DNA of 64,000 nucleotides from Desulfuromonadaceae bacterium (GTDB lineage: Bacteria; Desulfobacterota; Desulfuromonadia; Desulfuromonadales; Desulfuromonadaceae). Positions 1 to 10,587 of the stretch are shown piece after piece (position 1 is the stretch's first letter; the number at the start of each line of letters is the position of its first letter). The notes under the pieces were generated by a model, which did no database searches, had not been told where the DNA came from, and was given only the letters and a program-made list of their open reading frames with translations. The stretch is from positions 41,149 to 105,148 of the forward strand of contig JBNGCY010000001.1 in the NCBI GenBank assembly GCA_049975505.1. Reading direction: 5' to 3'. A program made the position numbers and the translations under genes.

Positions 1-1
1 C

Positions 2-1969
2 ATTTCCGGCGGACTTGCCGGTCTTAGCAAAACCGCAGCGCATGAGTGGAAGGATATCACCTGCAGAGCTCTGGATATCGATCCGCTCCTGCCGGAACAG
101 GAACAGATCAACGCTGTAGTTCAAGAGCTCGAACATGCTGGACCGCAGGAAATCGGCATCAGCCGGTGCGGAATTTTCACTCCGGTGCTGCAGAATGAAT
201 CTCTACCCTCAGAATCCCCGGAACTGAACCTCAGCCGCGCAGATGTGGTTATTATCAGCGGCGGCGGGCGCGGAGTAACTGCGGAGGTGGCACTCCATCT
301 GGCGCAACACGCCTCTCCCACTTTGCTTCTGCTCGGACGCAGCCCCCTGGAAGAGGAAGAAGAGTGGCTGCGCAGCGCAACAACCGAAGCCGAAATAAAG
401 CAGACTCTGGTAAAAAATTCTCCGGAGAAGCTGAATCCGCGCGAGCTTAATGCGCAATGTCAGAGCGTTCTGAATCAGCGGGAACTGCGGCGCAATATTG
501 AACGCCTCCAACAGGCCGGCTCACAGGTGCTCTATCATGCCCTGGATATCCGCGATGAAGAGGCGGTTAAAACCGCGGTTGAGGCCGCGCGCAGCCATGG
601 AGCAATCCGCGGCATCATCCACGGGGCCGGAGTTCTGGCCGACAAAAGGATCGAGGACAAGACCCTGGAACAGTTTGATCAGGTCTATTCCACTAAAATC
701 GGGGGTCTGCAGGCGATAATTCAGGCCACGGCAGCGGATGAAGTGGATTTCATCGCTCTGTTTTCCTCCTCCACCGGACGCTTCGGACGCACAGGACAGA
801 TCGACTACGCCGTGGCCAACGAGGTCCTCAACAAGACCGCCCAGGCTCTGGCCCGTCAGTATCCGCAGCGCCGCATCCTCTCCCTCAACTGGGGGCCATG
901 GGATGGGGGGATGGTAAACACCGGCCTCAAAAAACTCTTTGCCAGTGAAGGGATTGAAGTAATAGATCTGGAAGAGGGATCACGTTATCTGCTCCAGGAA
1001 CTCGGCGGCAGCGCCAAAGAAGTGGAACTGGTAATTCTCGGGGGCGGCACTGTTCTGCAGCCTGGCAATGATTCCGGGGTAAACGAATGTCAGAATGTGT
1101 CGGATCAGCTCCCGAATCCGGTTATGCAGATGCCTGTGAGCTGTACTCATCTTCCGTGTCTGCGTGACCATGTGATTGACGCCAAAGCGGTGGTTCCCAT
1201 GGCACTGAGTGCCGAGTGGCTCGCTCAGGGAGCGATGCACAATTTCCCCGGGCTAGCTTTTTTCGGCTTCGACAATCTGCGCATCTACCGCGGTATAACC
1301 CTGAACCGGGATGAAGAACAGCAGATAGAACTGCGCTGTGACCGCATGGAGCCCGTAGCTGCACAGCGCGGAATTTACCGGGTAGCGGTACAGATATGTG
1401 ATGCCAAGAGCGCAACGGTATTCAGCAGTGCCGAGGTGGTTCTGGCGGATACCCATCCGCAGGAGATCCCGGAGCCTATCTCCGGAGATATCTCTGCTGC
1501 AAACCAGGAGAACCGCGATTCCATCTACGCCGATTCACGCCTCTTTCATGGTCCGGCATTTCAGGCTCTGGAGCAGGTTCTGGGGCAGGATGAGAAAGGT
1601 ATATCCGCCCTGGCGTCGAACGCGGCTACCCCGGCGGCATGGATAAAAACGCCTTTACGCCATACCTGGTTGGGCGCACCGATGCTTCTGGACAGCAGTT
1701 TTCAGCTCATGATTCTGTGGTGTAGTGCCCACTGCGGGTGCGTTTCTCTTCCGAGTTCGGTGCGCTGCTATCGTCAGTATGTTGAACATATCCCAGGGGA
1801 TGTCAGTGAAATTCGCGCTCATGTTATCAGATGCAGTGCCTCCGGAGCGGAAGCCGATATCGACTTTATCACCCCCGATACCGGTAAGCTGCTGGCGCGC
1901 ATCGAGGGTTATGTATGTACCATGACCCCGAGTCTGCAGTATGCCTTTACCCGCGATACCCTGGACTGA
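2..1969 (+). CDS. C-terminal part of a type I PKS / PUFA-synthase-like multidomain protein (ketoreductase + PS-type dehydratase domains); 5' end lies outside the window
   Basis: This frame is open from nt 2 with no stop before 1969. KR Rossmann motif GGGRGVTAEVALHLA and catalytic-Tyr region IDYAVANEVLNK. This is followed by a hot-dog DH with HVIDAKAVVP (HxxxGxxxxP-like, with G replaced by A) and DSSFQ (DxxxQ). Confidence 0.75.
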   Translation: MSGGLAGLSKTAAHEWKDITCRALDIDPLLPEQEQINAVVQELEHAGPQEIGISRCGIFTPVLQNESLPSESPELNLSRADVVIISGGGRGVTAEVALHLAQHASPTLLLLGRSPLEEEEEWLRSATTEAEIKQTLVKNSPEKLNPRELNAQCQSVLNQRELRRNIERLQQAGSQVLYHALDIRDEEAVKTAVEAARSHGAIRGIIHGAGVLADKRIEDKTLEQFDQVYSTKIGGLQAIIQATAADEVDFIALFSSSTGRFGRTGQIDYAVANEVLNKTAQALARQYPQRRILSLNWGPWDGGMVNTGLKKLFASEGIEVIDLEEGSRYLLQELGGSAKEVELVILGGGTVLQPGNDSGVNECQNVSDQLPNPVMQMPVSCTHLPCLRDHVIDAKAVVPMALSAEWLAQGAMHNFPGLAFFGFDNLRIYRGITLNRDEEQQIELRCDRMEPVAAQRGIYRVAVQICDAKSATVFSSAEVVLADTHPQEIPEPISGDISAANQENRDSIYADSRLFHGPAFQALEQVLGQDEKGISALASNAATPAAWIKTPLRHTWLGAPMLLDSSFQLMILWCSAHCGCVSLPSSVRCYRQYVEHIPGDVSEIRAHVIRCSASGAEADIDFITPDTGKLLARIEGYVCTMTPSLQYAFTRDTLD

Positions 1970-1990
1970 AACGCCCTACAGGAGGTTTTT

Positions 1991-2842
1991 ATGGATATCC
2001 AGCTCGAATGTCTTCCCTGCTTTGTCAAACAGACCCTGAGTGTTCTTAAAATGCTCAAGGCGGATGACAAAATCAGCGAAAAGGTGATGCGTGATGTGCT
2101 GGAGTGCCTGAGCAGAATTGATTTCAATCAGACTCCGCCACAGCAGGCCAGGGAGATCCATGCCCTGATCCGCAAACTGTGTCGGAATGACGACCCCTAT
2201 GCGGAGCAGAAAAGCGCGGATATGCAGCTCGCCCTGCAGCTGTTTGATATGGTCGAAAACGATGTAAAGCATGCTCAGGATCCATTTTATGCAGCTCTGC
2301 AGATGGCCATTGCCGGGAACAGTCTTGATCACGGCGTTTACCACGATCTGAGTCCGGAACAGGCCCGCACTTACCTCGAGCAGGGGCTGCACACTCCGAT
2401 ACAGGGGGATATCCAGAGATTCCGTACTGAGGTGGAAAAGGTGCAGTCAATTCTGTACCTGGGAGACAACGCCGGGGAGATAGTGTTTGACCGTTTCGTG
2501 CTGCGCCATATGCAGGATAAAAAAATAACCTATGCGGTAAGAGGTGGGCCGATTATCAATGACGCCCTGCTTTCCGATGCCCTTAAAGCCGGAATTGACA
2601 AAGAGGTTGATCGTCTCATCCACAATGGAGACAATTCACCAGGTACGGTGCTTCAGTTCTGTTCAGCAGAGTTCAGAGAGGTTTTTGAAGGTGCGGATCT
2701 GATAATCGCCAAGGGTCAGGGGAACTACGAGACCTTAAGTGAACACGAAGCGAATATCTACTTCCTTCTCAGAGCCAAATGTCCGGTGGTTGCAGAGCAT
2801 ATCGGCTGTGAAGTGGGAAGTGCGTTGCTCTACAAAAGGTAA
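1991..2842 (+). CDS. DUF89 (ARMT1-like) metal-dependent damage-control phosphatase family protein
   Basis: 283 aa. LECLPCF N-terminus, GDNAGEIVFD and AKGQGNYE motifs typical of DUF89. AGGAGG RBS just upstream. Starts 22 nt after the PKS stop. Confidence 0.7.
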   Translation: MDIQLECLPCFVKQTLSVLKMLKADDKISEKVMRDVLECLSRIDFNQTPPQQAREIHALIRKLCRNDDPYAEQKSADMQLALQLFDMVENDVKHAQDPFYAALQMAIAGNSLDHGVYHDLSPEQARTYLEQGLHTPIQGDIQRFRTEVEKVQSILYLGDNAGEIVFDRFVLRHMQDKKITYAVRGGPIINDALLSDALKAGIDKEVDRLIHNGDNSPGTVLQFCSAEFREVFEGADLIIAKGQGNYETLSEHEANIYFLLRAKCPVVAEHIGCEVGSALLYKR

Positions 2843-2887
2843 TCAGGGTAAATAAAATCTGTTATTTACAATAAAAGGAAAGCCATT

Positions 2888-3970
2888 ATGTCCAGCACCT
2901 GCGGTACTCTGTTCAAAATATCAACATTCGGTGAATCCCACTGTCCCGCAGTCGGTGCCGTGGTGGATGGAGTCCCGCCCCGTCTGAGCATCAGTGTGGA
3001 GCAGATACAGGCACAGCTGGACCGGCGGCGTCCCGGACAGAACAAACTCGGCACCCAGCGTAAGGAAGCGGACCAGGTCCGGATTCTTTCCGGGGTGGAA
3101 AACGGCCTCTCCCTCGGAACCCCTATCGCCCTGATGGTGGAAAACACCGACCAGCGCCCGGGGGATTACACTGAAATGCGCAATATCCCGCGCCCCTCCC
3201 ATGCAGACTATACCTACACCATGAAGTACGGGATCAACGCCTCAAGCGGCGGCGGGCGCGCAAGTGCACGCGAGACCATCGCCAGGGTCGCCGGAGGTGC
3301 TATAGCCGAAGAGTTTCTGCGTACAAAATATGCGATAGAAATTGTAGCCTGGGTCAGCTCAGTGGGGAAAGTTGATGCCTCCGCAGTGGATATGCACAGC
3401 ATCACCCGTCCCCAGGTTGATCAGCATCCGGTGCGCTGCCCCGAAAACGCCAGTGCCAAGGCCATGACAGAGGAGATTGAGCGCGCAAAAAGTGACAAGG
3501 ACTCCATCGGTGGCATCATTACCTGCGTATGCCGCAACGTGCCCGCAGGCTGGGGTGAGCCGGCGTTCAACCGTCTTGAAGCAACCCTGGCCCAGGCGAT
3601 GCTTTCAATCCCGGCGGCCAAAGGATTCGAAATCGGCTCAGGTTTCAGCGGCACGCGCATGCGCGGCTCGGCCCACAATGATCCATTTGTGCAGAAAGGT
3701 AAACACCTCGGCACCACGACCAACTACAGCGGCGGAGTGCAGGGAGGTATTTCCAACGGAGAACCGATATACTTCCGCATCGGATTCAAGCCCACGGCTA
3801 CCATAGGACATGAACAGCGCACCGCCACCTATTCCGGTGAAGAGGTAACCCTTGCCGCAAAAGGGCGTCATGACCCCTGCGTGGTTCCGCGCGCGGTTCC
3901 TGTGGTGGAAGGAATGGCAGCTCTGGTGCTGGCGGATATGGCCCTGATGCAGCAGGCGCGTCTGGGGTAA
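2888..3970 (+). CDS. aroC: chorismate synthase
   Basis: 360 aa. [32 protein letters not shown] and [16 protein letters not shown] motifs. Confidence 0.95.
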   Translation: MSSTCGTLFKISTFGESHCPAVGAVVDGVPPRLSISVEQIQAQLDRRRPGQNKLGTQRKEADQVRILSGVENGLSLGTPIALMVENTDQRPGDYTEMRNIPRPSHADYTYTMKYGINASSGGGRASARETIARVAGGAIAEEFLRTKYAIEIVAWVSSVGKVDASAVDMHSITRPQVDQHPVRCPENASAKAMTEEIERAKSDKDSIGGIITCVCRNVPAGWGEPAFNRLEATLAQAMLSIPAAKGFEIGSGFSGTRMRGSAHNDPFVQKGKHLGTTTNYSGGVQGGISNGEPIYFRIGFKPTATIGHEQRTATYSGEEVTLAAKGRHDPCVVPRAVPVVEGMAALVLADMALMQQARLG

Positions 3971-4004
3971 TTCGAATGTTTATTGTGGACGCTTACCGCC
4001 CATG

Positions 4005-4055
4005 AAAAAAAGCTGTACCCTGGTTATACCTAACCGGTACAGCTTTTTTGTTTTT
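4005..4055. terminator. bidirectional Rho-independent terminator between convergent aroC and hom
   Basis: Stem AGCTGTACC/GGTACAGCT (9 bp) with an inner GGTTA/TAACC stem. It is flanked by an A-run on the left and TTTTTTGTTTTT on the right. Confidence 0.75.
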
Positions 4056-4074
4056 CGTTACAGGTGAAAAAATC

Positions 4075-5397
4075 TCAATTCAGCTTATCCTCAATACGGA
4101 TAAGCAGACACTCCTCCTTGACAATAGGCAGAGCTTCGATCTTTTCCAGGGCCTGACGCACGTTTTTCTCCCGCGCTTCGTGGGTCATCATAACGATGGG
4201 GAGAATCCCTTCCACATCGCTTTCAAACATCTCATCCGGCTGAATCATGGAATTGATGCTGATGCCGAAATCTCCGAGGATGGTGGAGATTTTGGCCAGA
4301 ACACCGGGAGCGTCTTCGACGATAAAACGCAGGTAGTAACGTCCTACAAGATCGTCCATGGCCTTTACCGGCAGACGCGTAATCGCTGCGGGGGTATACC
4401 CCAGGGATGGAGTGAATTCACGCGCCCCGGATATGATGGAACGTGCAATGCTCATCACATCCCCCATCACCGCACTCGCCGTGGCTTCCATGCCCGCGCC
4501 GCTGCCATGCAGGAGGACAGGACCGACAAAATCGCCATTGAGACGGATGGCATTGAATACCCCCTGCACATCAGCCATGGGATAGTTGTCCGGCACCATG
4601 GTGGGATGAACCCTGGCTTCGATGGAGCCGTTGTCAAGCTTGCCGATGGCCAGGAGTTTTACCTGATAACCCAGCTGACTGGCGAATTCGATATCCAGTG
4701 CAGAGATGCGGGTAATCCCTTCGGTGTAAATCTGATCAAAATCGATCCAGGTTCCAAAGCACATACTTACCAGAATGGAGAGTTTATGCGCAGTATCGAT
4801 CCCCTCTATGTCGAAGGTAGGGTCGGATTCGGCGTAGCCGAATTTCTGCGCATCGGCAAGGACAGAGGCGAAGTCCTCATCACTTTCTGTCATACGGGTG
4901 AGGATGTAGTTGCAGGTACCGTTAAGGATGCCATACACTCCACTGAACTGATTCGCGCACAGATTTTCACGTATGGATGCGAGGATGGGAATCCCTCCGG
5001 CTACTGCGGCTTCAAACATCAGGGTCACCCCGTTCTCATCCGCAGCCCGCAGGAGCTCTTCCCCATGGAGGGCAAGCAGAGCCTTGTTCGCGGTTACCAC
5101 ATGTTTGCCGTTGTTCAACGCCTCCAGCACAAAGGTGCGCGCCGGTTCATATCCGCCGATAAGCTCAATAACCACATCGATATCGGGATCGGTAAGCAGC
5201 CCCTGTGCATCATCACTCAGAACCCCGGGTTCCAGAGCGACACCGCGATCGGTAGTAACATCCCGATCCACGACGCGCGCCAGTTGAACGGGTGTGCCCA
5301 GGCGTTGCTCCATTATCGCTGCGTTGCTCTGAATAACCTTTATTACTCCGGTACCTATGGTGCCGAAGCCCAGTAAACCAACCTTAATTGCTTTCAT
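4075..5397 (-). CDS. hom: homoserine dehydrogenase
   Basis: 440 aa from ATG 5397, which has a GAGGAG RBS. MKAIKVGLLGFGTIGTGV NAD-binding N-terminus, catalytic domain and C-terminal ACT-like domain. The track ORF extends to 5532 only because it reads through the upstream repeat. Confidence 0.93.
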   Translation of the reverse strand: MKAIKVGLLGFGTIGTGVIKVIQSNAAIMEQRLGTPVQLARVVDRDVTTDRGVALEPGVLSDDAQGLLTDPDIDVVIELIGGYEPARTFVLEALNNGKHVVTANKALLALHGEELLRAADENGVTLMFEAAVAGGIPILASIRENLCANQFSGVYGILNGTCNYILTRMTESDEDFASVLADAQKFGYAESDPTFDIEGIDTAHKLSILVSMCFGTWIDFDQIYTEGITRISALDIEFASQLGYQVKLLAIGKLDNGSIEARVHPTMVPDNYPMADVQGVFNAIRLNGDFVGPVLLHGSGAGMEATASAVMGDVMSIARSIISGAREFTPSLGYTPAAITRLPVKAMDDLVGRYYLRFIVEDAPGVLAKISTILGDFGISINSMIQPDEMFESDVEGILPIVMMTHEAREKNVRQALEKIEALPIVKEECLLIRIEDKLN

Positions 5398-5420
5398 ACA
5401 CTCCTCTATGAAAAATCCGC

Positions 5421-5565
5421 GTAACTGCTCAGTTAGGCCTTGCGGCACCCATTCCAAGGGACACTTTGCGCCGTCCATGGCCGTTCGACTGTCGCCGTCC
5501 GTGGCGACAGACGCCCTTTCCATGGGTACCACAAGCCCTTATCGGTAGCGGTGGTGAATAGTTAC
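5421..5565 (-). mobile_element. MITE-like repeat, copy 1 (145-bp short form; canonical GTAACTATTCACC...GAACAGTTAC strand is the minus strand)
   Basis: Terminal inverted repeats and a conserved hairpin core. Perfect 8-bp direct repeat AAATCCGC at 5413-5420 and 5566-5573. No ORF of its own. Confidence 0.85.
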
Positions 5566-5577
5566 AAATCCGCGCCT

Positions 5578-6054
5578 CTATTCGGTTTTCCGACGGGTTG
5601 CGACCTGATGCGCGACTTTATCCAGAACACCGTTAAGAAACGCTGAAGTATCTTTAGTGCCATAGCGTTTGGCAATTTCCACCGCCTCATTGATGACAAC
5701 CCGATCCGGCACCGATGGCTCATACATCAGTTCAAAACACGCCTGACGCATAAGGGAGAGGTCAAGGCGGGCCATGCGATCGAGACTCCAGTTTTTAGAG
5801 GTTTCACGCAATACCGCATCAATTTCTTCAAGGTGCTCATATACTCCCTTGACAATGTATTCGGCAAACTCTTTTACCTCAGGAGATACCGTGCTGTCCT
5901 CTATCTCTTCCGCTTCCCCGAGTACATCTTCGCTGAAACGGAAGTTCTCCCAGAAATCGCTGAGAATATCTTCCAGAGGACGTTCCTGATCGTAAAGGCT
6001 GTAGAGTATTTTAAGCGCATATTCGCGCCCGTTGCGTCGTTTACCCAGTGCCAT
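5578..6054 (-). CDS. nusB: transcription antitermination factor NusB
   Basis: 158 aa. GREYALKILYSL N-terminus and NusB-family C-terminal half (VVINEAVEIAKRYG). Conserved position after ribH. Confidence 0.9.
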   Translation of the reverse strand: MALGKRRNGREYALKILYSLYDQERPLEDILSDFWENFRFSEDVLGEAEEIEDSTVSPEVKEFAEYIVKGVYEHLEEIDAVLRETSKNWSLDRMARLDLSLMRQACFELMYEPSVPDRVVINEAVEIAKRYGTKDTSAFLNGVLDKVAHQVATRRKTE

Positions 6055-6080
6055 AAATAGCTGCTTTCGCGAAAATAGAA

Positions 6081-6545
6081 TTAAATGTTCCGGAACAGAT
6101 TTACCATCTCCATTGCCGTAACTGCGGCTTCAAAGCCTTTATTACCCGCTTTGGTACCGGCACGTTCCACCGCCTGTTCAATGGTATCGGTAGTAAGCAC
6201 GCCAAAGGCCACCGGCACTTGGCTTTCAAGGCTGACAGACGCAATCCCCTTGGAAACCTCGGCGCTGACATAGTCAAAATGGGGGGTGGCGCCACGGATA
6301 ACCGCACCCAGACAGATAATCGCATCGTATCTGCCGCTCTGAGCAACTTTCTTGGTTGCCAGAGGGAGTTCAAAAGCCCCGGGAACACGAATTACATCAA
6401 TATCATCTTCCTGCGCCCCGTGACGCAGACTAGCATCCAGAGCCCCCTCAACCAGGCGTTCGCAGATAAAGCTGTTGAAGCGACTTACCACAATGGCATA
6501 TTTATGCCCGGTAGCATCCAGTTTTCCTTCTATATTGTTGGCCAT
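6081..6545 (-). CDS. ribH: 6,7-dimethyl-8-ribityllumazine synthase
   Basis: [24 protein letters not shown]... is a lumazine synthase fold sequence. ATG 6545 has a GGAG RBS. The track start at 6557 is an alternative. Confidence 0.93.
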   Translation of the reverse strand: MANNIEGKLDATGHKYAIVVSRFNSFICERLVEGALDASLRHGAQEDDIDVIRVPGAFELPLATKKVAQSGRYDAIICLGAVIRGATPHFDYVSAEVSKGIASVSLESQVPVAFGVLTTDTIEQAVERAGTKAGNKGFEAAVTAMEMVNLFRNI

Positions 6546-6572
6546 GTAAATCTCCATTACATATATGGGTAA

Positions 6573-7778
6573 TTACAGATGCGTAAGCATGTGTCCCAGT
6601 TTACATTTTTTGGTCGCGAGATAGCGGGCATTAACATCGTTGGCTTCAATCTCAATCGGAACCCGTTCCACCACTTCGAGCCCATAGCCCTCAAGCCCCA
6701 CGATCTTTTTGGGGTTATTGGTCATCAGGCGGATCTTTTTCAACCCGAGTTCGGCCAGAATCTGAGCACCGATACCGTAGTCTCGCAGATCCGCCTTGAA
6801 ACCAAGTTCTTCATTGGCTTCGACCGTATCTTTGCCGCAGTCCTGCAGGGCATAGGCCTTGAGCTTGTTAACCAGGCCGATGCCGCGTCCTTCCTGACGC
6901 AGATAAACAACCACCCCGCTCCCTTCGCGCTCAATCTGCTCCATAGCTGCGTGAAGCTGATCACCGCAGTCACAGCGCAATGAACCGAACACATCGCCGG
7001 TAAGACATTCTGAATGCATGCGCACCAGAACCGGAGAGTCAGTATTTATCTCACCTTTCTGGAGGACGATATGATTGGCATCGTCAATGTCGTTTTCATA
7101 CACAATGAGTTTGAACTCGCCGCCATGGCAGGATGGCAGGATGGTTTCGGCCGCACGGCGCACCATAAGTTCGTTGCGCATGCGATACGCGATGATATCC
7201 GCGACCGTAACTATCTTCAACTGGTGCCTGTCGGCGAACTCTTCAAGCTGGGGCATGCGTGCCATGGTTCCGTCATCATTCATGATTTCACAGATGACTC
7301 CAGCAGGCTTCAGCCCCGCCAGGCGCGCCAGATCCATGGAACCTTCGGTCTGACCGGTACGGACCATAACCCCACCTTTGCGTGCCCGCAGGGGGAACAC
7401 ATGTCCCGGACGGGCGAGATCTGCAGCTGTGGAATTATCATCAATGGCCACTTTTATTGTATGGGCCCGATCCGCGGCGGAAATTCCGGTGGTAACTCCG
7501 CGTTTTGCTTCGATAGAAACGGTAAATGCGGTTTCAAAGGAGGAATTATTCTCAGTCACCATAGGGGGCAGATCGAGTTCATCCGCGCGCTCTTCGGTCA
7601 GAGAGAGGCATATCAGTCCGCGCCCCTCTTTGGCCATGAAGTTAATCGCCTCGGGGGTCACCATCTCTGCGGCCATGGTAAGATCGCCCTCGTTCTCGCG
7701 ATCCTCATCATCAGCCAGGATCACCATCTTTCCCTGGCGTAAATCTTCAAGTGCTGCTTCTACTCGTGCTATGGACAT
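6573..7778 (-). CDS. ribBA: bifunctional 3,4-dihydroxy-2-butanone-4-phosphate synthase / GTP cyclohydrolase II
   Basis: 401 aa. DHBP synthase half ([11 protein letters not shown]) fused to the GCH-II half (CDCGDQL, EGRGIGL). Confidence 0.95.
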   Translation of the reverse strand: MSIARVEAALEDLRQGKMVILADDEDRENEGDLTMAAEMVTPEAINFMAKEGRGLICLSLTEERADELDLPPMVTENNSSFETAFTVSIEAKRGVTTGISAADRAHTIKVAIDDNSTAADLARPGHVFPLRARKGGVMVRTGQTEGSMDLARLAGLKPAGVICEIMNDDGTMARMPQLEEFADRHQLKIVTVADIIAYRMRNELMVRRAAETILPSCHGGEFKLIVYENDIDDANHIVLQKGEINTDSPVLVRMHSECLTGDVFGSLRCDCGDQLHAAMEQIEREGSGVVVYLRQEGRGIGLVNKLKAYALQDCGKDTVEANEELGFKADLRDYGIGAQILAELGLKKIRLMTNNPKKIVGLEGYGLEVVERVPIEIEANDVNARYLATKKCKLGHMLTHL

Positions 7779-7818
7779 GGGTTATTTCTCCAACTTAATT
7801 ACGTATTGCGGAAGGTTT

Positions 7819-8484
7819 TTAGAAGAAACCGTTTTCAGCCAGCTTAGCCATACTCAAACCACTGCTTTCCATACCGGTATCAATTGTGGTGTCGGCAGGG
7901 TTGGTTAGCAATTTTTCGACATAACGTCCCAGGATATCGGTTTCGATGTTAACCCTGGAGCCCACACCATAGTGCTGCAGAGTGGTTTTGGCAAGACTGT
8001 GCGGGATAATAGCAACCGAAAAAGTGGTCTCAGTTACAGCATTGACCGTAAGGCTGATACCATCCACCGCGATGGAACCCTTACTGATCACATAGCGCAT
8101 ATATATATGCGGCAGCTCGATGGTAAAACGTACGGCGATATCATCCTGCACGCGCTTGACTACCGTACCCACCGTATCGATATGGCCGCTGACCATATGC
8201 CCGCCGAGACGATCTCCGAGGCGCAGGGCGCGTTCGAGATTGACTGCAGCTCCGACGCTCAGATTACCGATATTGCTCGAGTGCATGGTTTCAGGCGAAA
8301 CATCGGCGCTGAAGCTTCCGGGATCACAGCTGACAACGGTAAGACAGATGCCGTTAACCGCAATACTGTCACCCAGAGCAATTTCCTCGTACGGCAACGC
8401 AGTGGCAACCTTGAGCTTGAAGCTCTTACTGCGCCGCTGAATGCTGTGTATGCACCCCAGATCTTCAATCAAGCCGGTAAACAT
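7819..8484 (-). CDS. ribE: riboflavin synthase
   Basis: 221 aa. [10 protein letters not shown] start and two lumazine-binding repeats. Overlaps the ribD stop by 16 nt. Confidence 0.93.
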   Translation of the reverse strand: MFTGLIEDLGCIHSIQRRSKSFKLKVATALPYEEIALGDSIAVNGICLTVVSCDPGSFSADVSPETMHSSNIGNLSVGAAVNLERALRLGDRLGGHMVSGHIDTVGTVVKRVQDDIAVRFTIELPHIYMRYVISKGSIAVDGISLTVNAVTETTFSVAIIPHSLAKTTLQHYGVGSRVNIETDILGRYVEKLLTNPADTTIDTGMESSGLSMAKLAENGFF

Positions 8485-9587
8485 GGATCAACCTCGCCTT
8501 CAATCAGAATATCCTGTCCCAAGCGCTGTATCCGAAGGTTCTGAAGCGCCACCGCCTCCGCCAGGTCTTTCGGACCGGCACCACTGAATATACCGTAGCC
8601 GTCACTCCCACCCAGAATTTTAGGCGCCATATACAGCATTATCCGATCCACCAGTCGTTGATTCAAAAGAGCCTGATTGAGTTCGGCACCACCTTCTACG
8701 AGTACATGCTGGATATTGCGTTGCCCCAGGGCATCCAGCACCGCTTCCAAAGACACTTTCCCGCCTGAATTATGTCCCAGCACCTCTACTTCAACCCCTG
8801 GGCAGGCATTGAGGATATTGATTTTGTCCTGAGATGCGCGCGCGGTAGTAAAAATCAGAGTCGGAGCACTGGAATCATGTTGTACCAGGGCGGAGTCAGG
8901 ATCGATTCGCAAGGTAGAGTCAAGAACCACTCTGGTTGCATCCCGCCCGCCGCCATCCTGCAGACGCGTGGTGAGGCGGGGATTGTCCGCAGTCACGGTT
9001 CCGATCCCGACCATGATGGCATCCACACGATCACGCACCTGGTGTACATGTGTTCTGCTTTCCGTCCCGGTGATCCACTGTGAGGCACCACTCGAAGTCG
9101 CGGTTTTTCCGTCCAGGGTTATGGCGCTTTTCAGGGTAAGCAGGGGACGACCATTCAGGACGTACTTAATAAACGGGGCACACAGGTGGCGACATTCATC
9201 TTCGAGAACTCCGGTAACCACCTCTACTCCAGCGGCGCGCATACGTTTTATCCCCCGTCCGTTTACCAGAGGATTTGGATCGCAGATCCCCACAAAGACC
9301 CGCCGGATTCCGGCTGCAATCAGAGCATCGCAACAGGGGCCGGTACGTCCGTGATGAGAACAGGGTTCGAGGGTAACATAGGCATCCGCTCCGTGCGCCT
9401 GAGCACCGGCAGCTTGCAGGGCAAACACTTCGGCATGTGGCTCCCCGGCTCTGGGATGATACCCCCGCCCTACCACTTGTCCGCAAGAGACAATCACAGC
9501 CCCTACCGGGGGATTGGGTGCAGTACGTCCTTCCCCTTTTCTGGCCAGGTCAAGAGCCTGACGCATATATTCCACATGAATATCCAT
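8469..9587 (-). CDS. ribD: bifunctional diaminohydroxyphosphoribosylaminopyrimidine deaminase / 5-amino-6-(5-phosphoribosylamino)uracil reductase
   Basis: Zinc deaminase motifs HAEVFAL and PCSHHGRTGPC, followed by the RibD reductase domain. ATG 9587 is preferred; the track start at 9620 is a TTG. Confidence 0.9.
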   Translation of the reverse strand: MDIHVEYMRQALDLARKGEGRTAPNPPVGAVIVSCGQVVGRGYHPRAGEPHAEVFALQAAGAQAHGADAYVTLEPCSHHGRTGPCCDALIAAGIRRVFVGICDPNPLVNGRGIKRMRAAGVEVVTGVLEDECRHLCAPFIKYVLNGRPLLTLKSAITLDGKTATSSGASQWITGTESRTHVHQVRDRVDAIMVGIGTVTADNPRLTTRLQDGGGRDATRVVLDSTLRIDPDSALVQHDSSAPTLIFTTARASQDKINILNACPGVEVEVLGHNSGGKVSLEAVLDALGQRNIQHVLVEGGAELNQALLNQRLVDRIMLYMAPKILGGSDGYGIFSGAGPKDLAEAVALQNLRIQRLGQDILIEGEVDPCLPA

Positions 9588-9616
9588 GTCATGTGTCGGA
9601 CTGAAATCACCCACAT

Positions 9617-10105
9617 TCAATCCTGCTTTTTTAATGATGTCAGATCCTGGTTCTGACGCCCGAGAATATCGGTGAGTTCCTGCATGAACTCGTTGATATC
9701 CTTGAACTGACGATACACCGACGCGAACCGTACATATGCGATTTCATCCAGATCGTGCAACGCCTGCATTACCGCTTCCCCAATGACTGAGGCCTGAATC
9801 TCCCGCTCGGATGATTCCTGCAACTGCATTTCAAGCCTGTCCACCATTTTTTCAATGGTCTCGATAGGGATCGGACGTTTTTCACATGCACGCCTGATAC
9901 CGGCGGTTATCTTACTGCGATCAAAGGGTTCGCGGCGTCCATCCTTTTTTACCACCATGGGGAGGATTTCCTCCACCCGCTCATATGTGGTGAAACGTCG
10001 CTCACAGGCAATACATTCGCGCCGGCGGCGAATATTATTGCCTTCTTTGCCCAGGCGTGAATCAATTACACGAGTTTCATCACAGGAACAAAAGGGACAC
10101 TTCAT
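9617..10105 (-). CDS. nrdR: transcriptional repressor NrdR
   Basis: [17 protein letters not shown] zinc ribbon plus an ATP-cone domain. 162 aa. Confidence 0.95.
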   Translation of the reverse strand: MKCPFCSCDETRVIDSRLGKEGNNIRRRRECIACERRFTTYERVEEILPMVVKKDGRREPFDRSKITAGIRRACEKRPIPIETIEKMVDRLEMQLQESSEREIQASVIGEAVMQALHDLDEIAYVRFASVYRQFKDINEFMQELTDILGRQNQDLTSLKKQD

Positions 10106-10578
10106 CGATTTTCCCCACCACCTTGAGCCATTTCGGGTTGAAACACGCGTACCTTGAGTCCTGATTCCTCCAAAAGCGCGCGTGCCAACTCATCGGGGTA
10201 CCCCTCAAGATACACAATTTCACGGATACCGGAATTTATCAGCATTTTTGCACAGATCACGCAGGGAGCGTTGGTACAGTAGAGCGTGGCATCCGCAATA
10301 TTGGTACCGTGTTTAGCAGCCTGAATAATGGCATTCTGCTCGGCATGCAATCCCAGGCACAGCTCGTGGCGCTGCCCGGAAGGGACTTTGTGCTTTTCAC
10401 GCAGACATCCACGCGTATCACAGTGGGCGATCCCGGTAGGAGTGCCATTGTAACCTGTGGCAAGAATATTTTTATCCTTAACCAGCACGGCTCCGACCTG
10501 GCGGCGCATACAGGTTGAGCGACTCGCCACCAGCCGCGCTATATCCATAAAATATTCTTCCCAGGATGGTCTCTGCAT
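10102..10578 (-). CDS. deoxycytidylate (dCMP) deaminase family protein
   Basis: 158 aa. HAEQNAI and PCVICAKML zinc-binding motifs. 4-nt overlap with nrdR. Confidence 0.85.
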   Translation of the reverse strand: MQRPSWEEYFMDIARLVASRSTCMRRQVGAVLVKDKNILATGYNGTPTGIAHCDTRGCLREKHKVPSGQRHELCLGLHAEQNAIIQAAKHGTNIADATLYCTNAPCVICAKMLINSGIREIVYLEGYPDELARALLEESGLKVRVFQPEMAQGGGENR

Positions 10579-10587
10579 TAACTCAAA

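Noticed and set aside
4048-5376. 442-aa plus-strand ORF covering almost all of hom
   Set aside because: It is fully antisense to a well-supported homoserine dehydrogenase gene. The translation is low-complexity and rich in H, R and G, with no recognisable motif and no RBS. It is a typical shadow ORF.
5398-5532. N-terminal extensions of hom, of the methyltransferase (20624-20758) and of the S1-domain gene (50984-51160)
   Set aside because: The extensions are read-through of the repeat element from non-ATG or RBS-less starts. Downstream ATGs with good RBSs give the canonical family N-termini.
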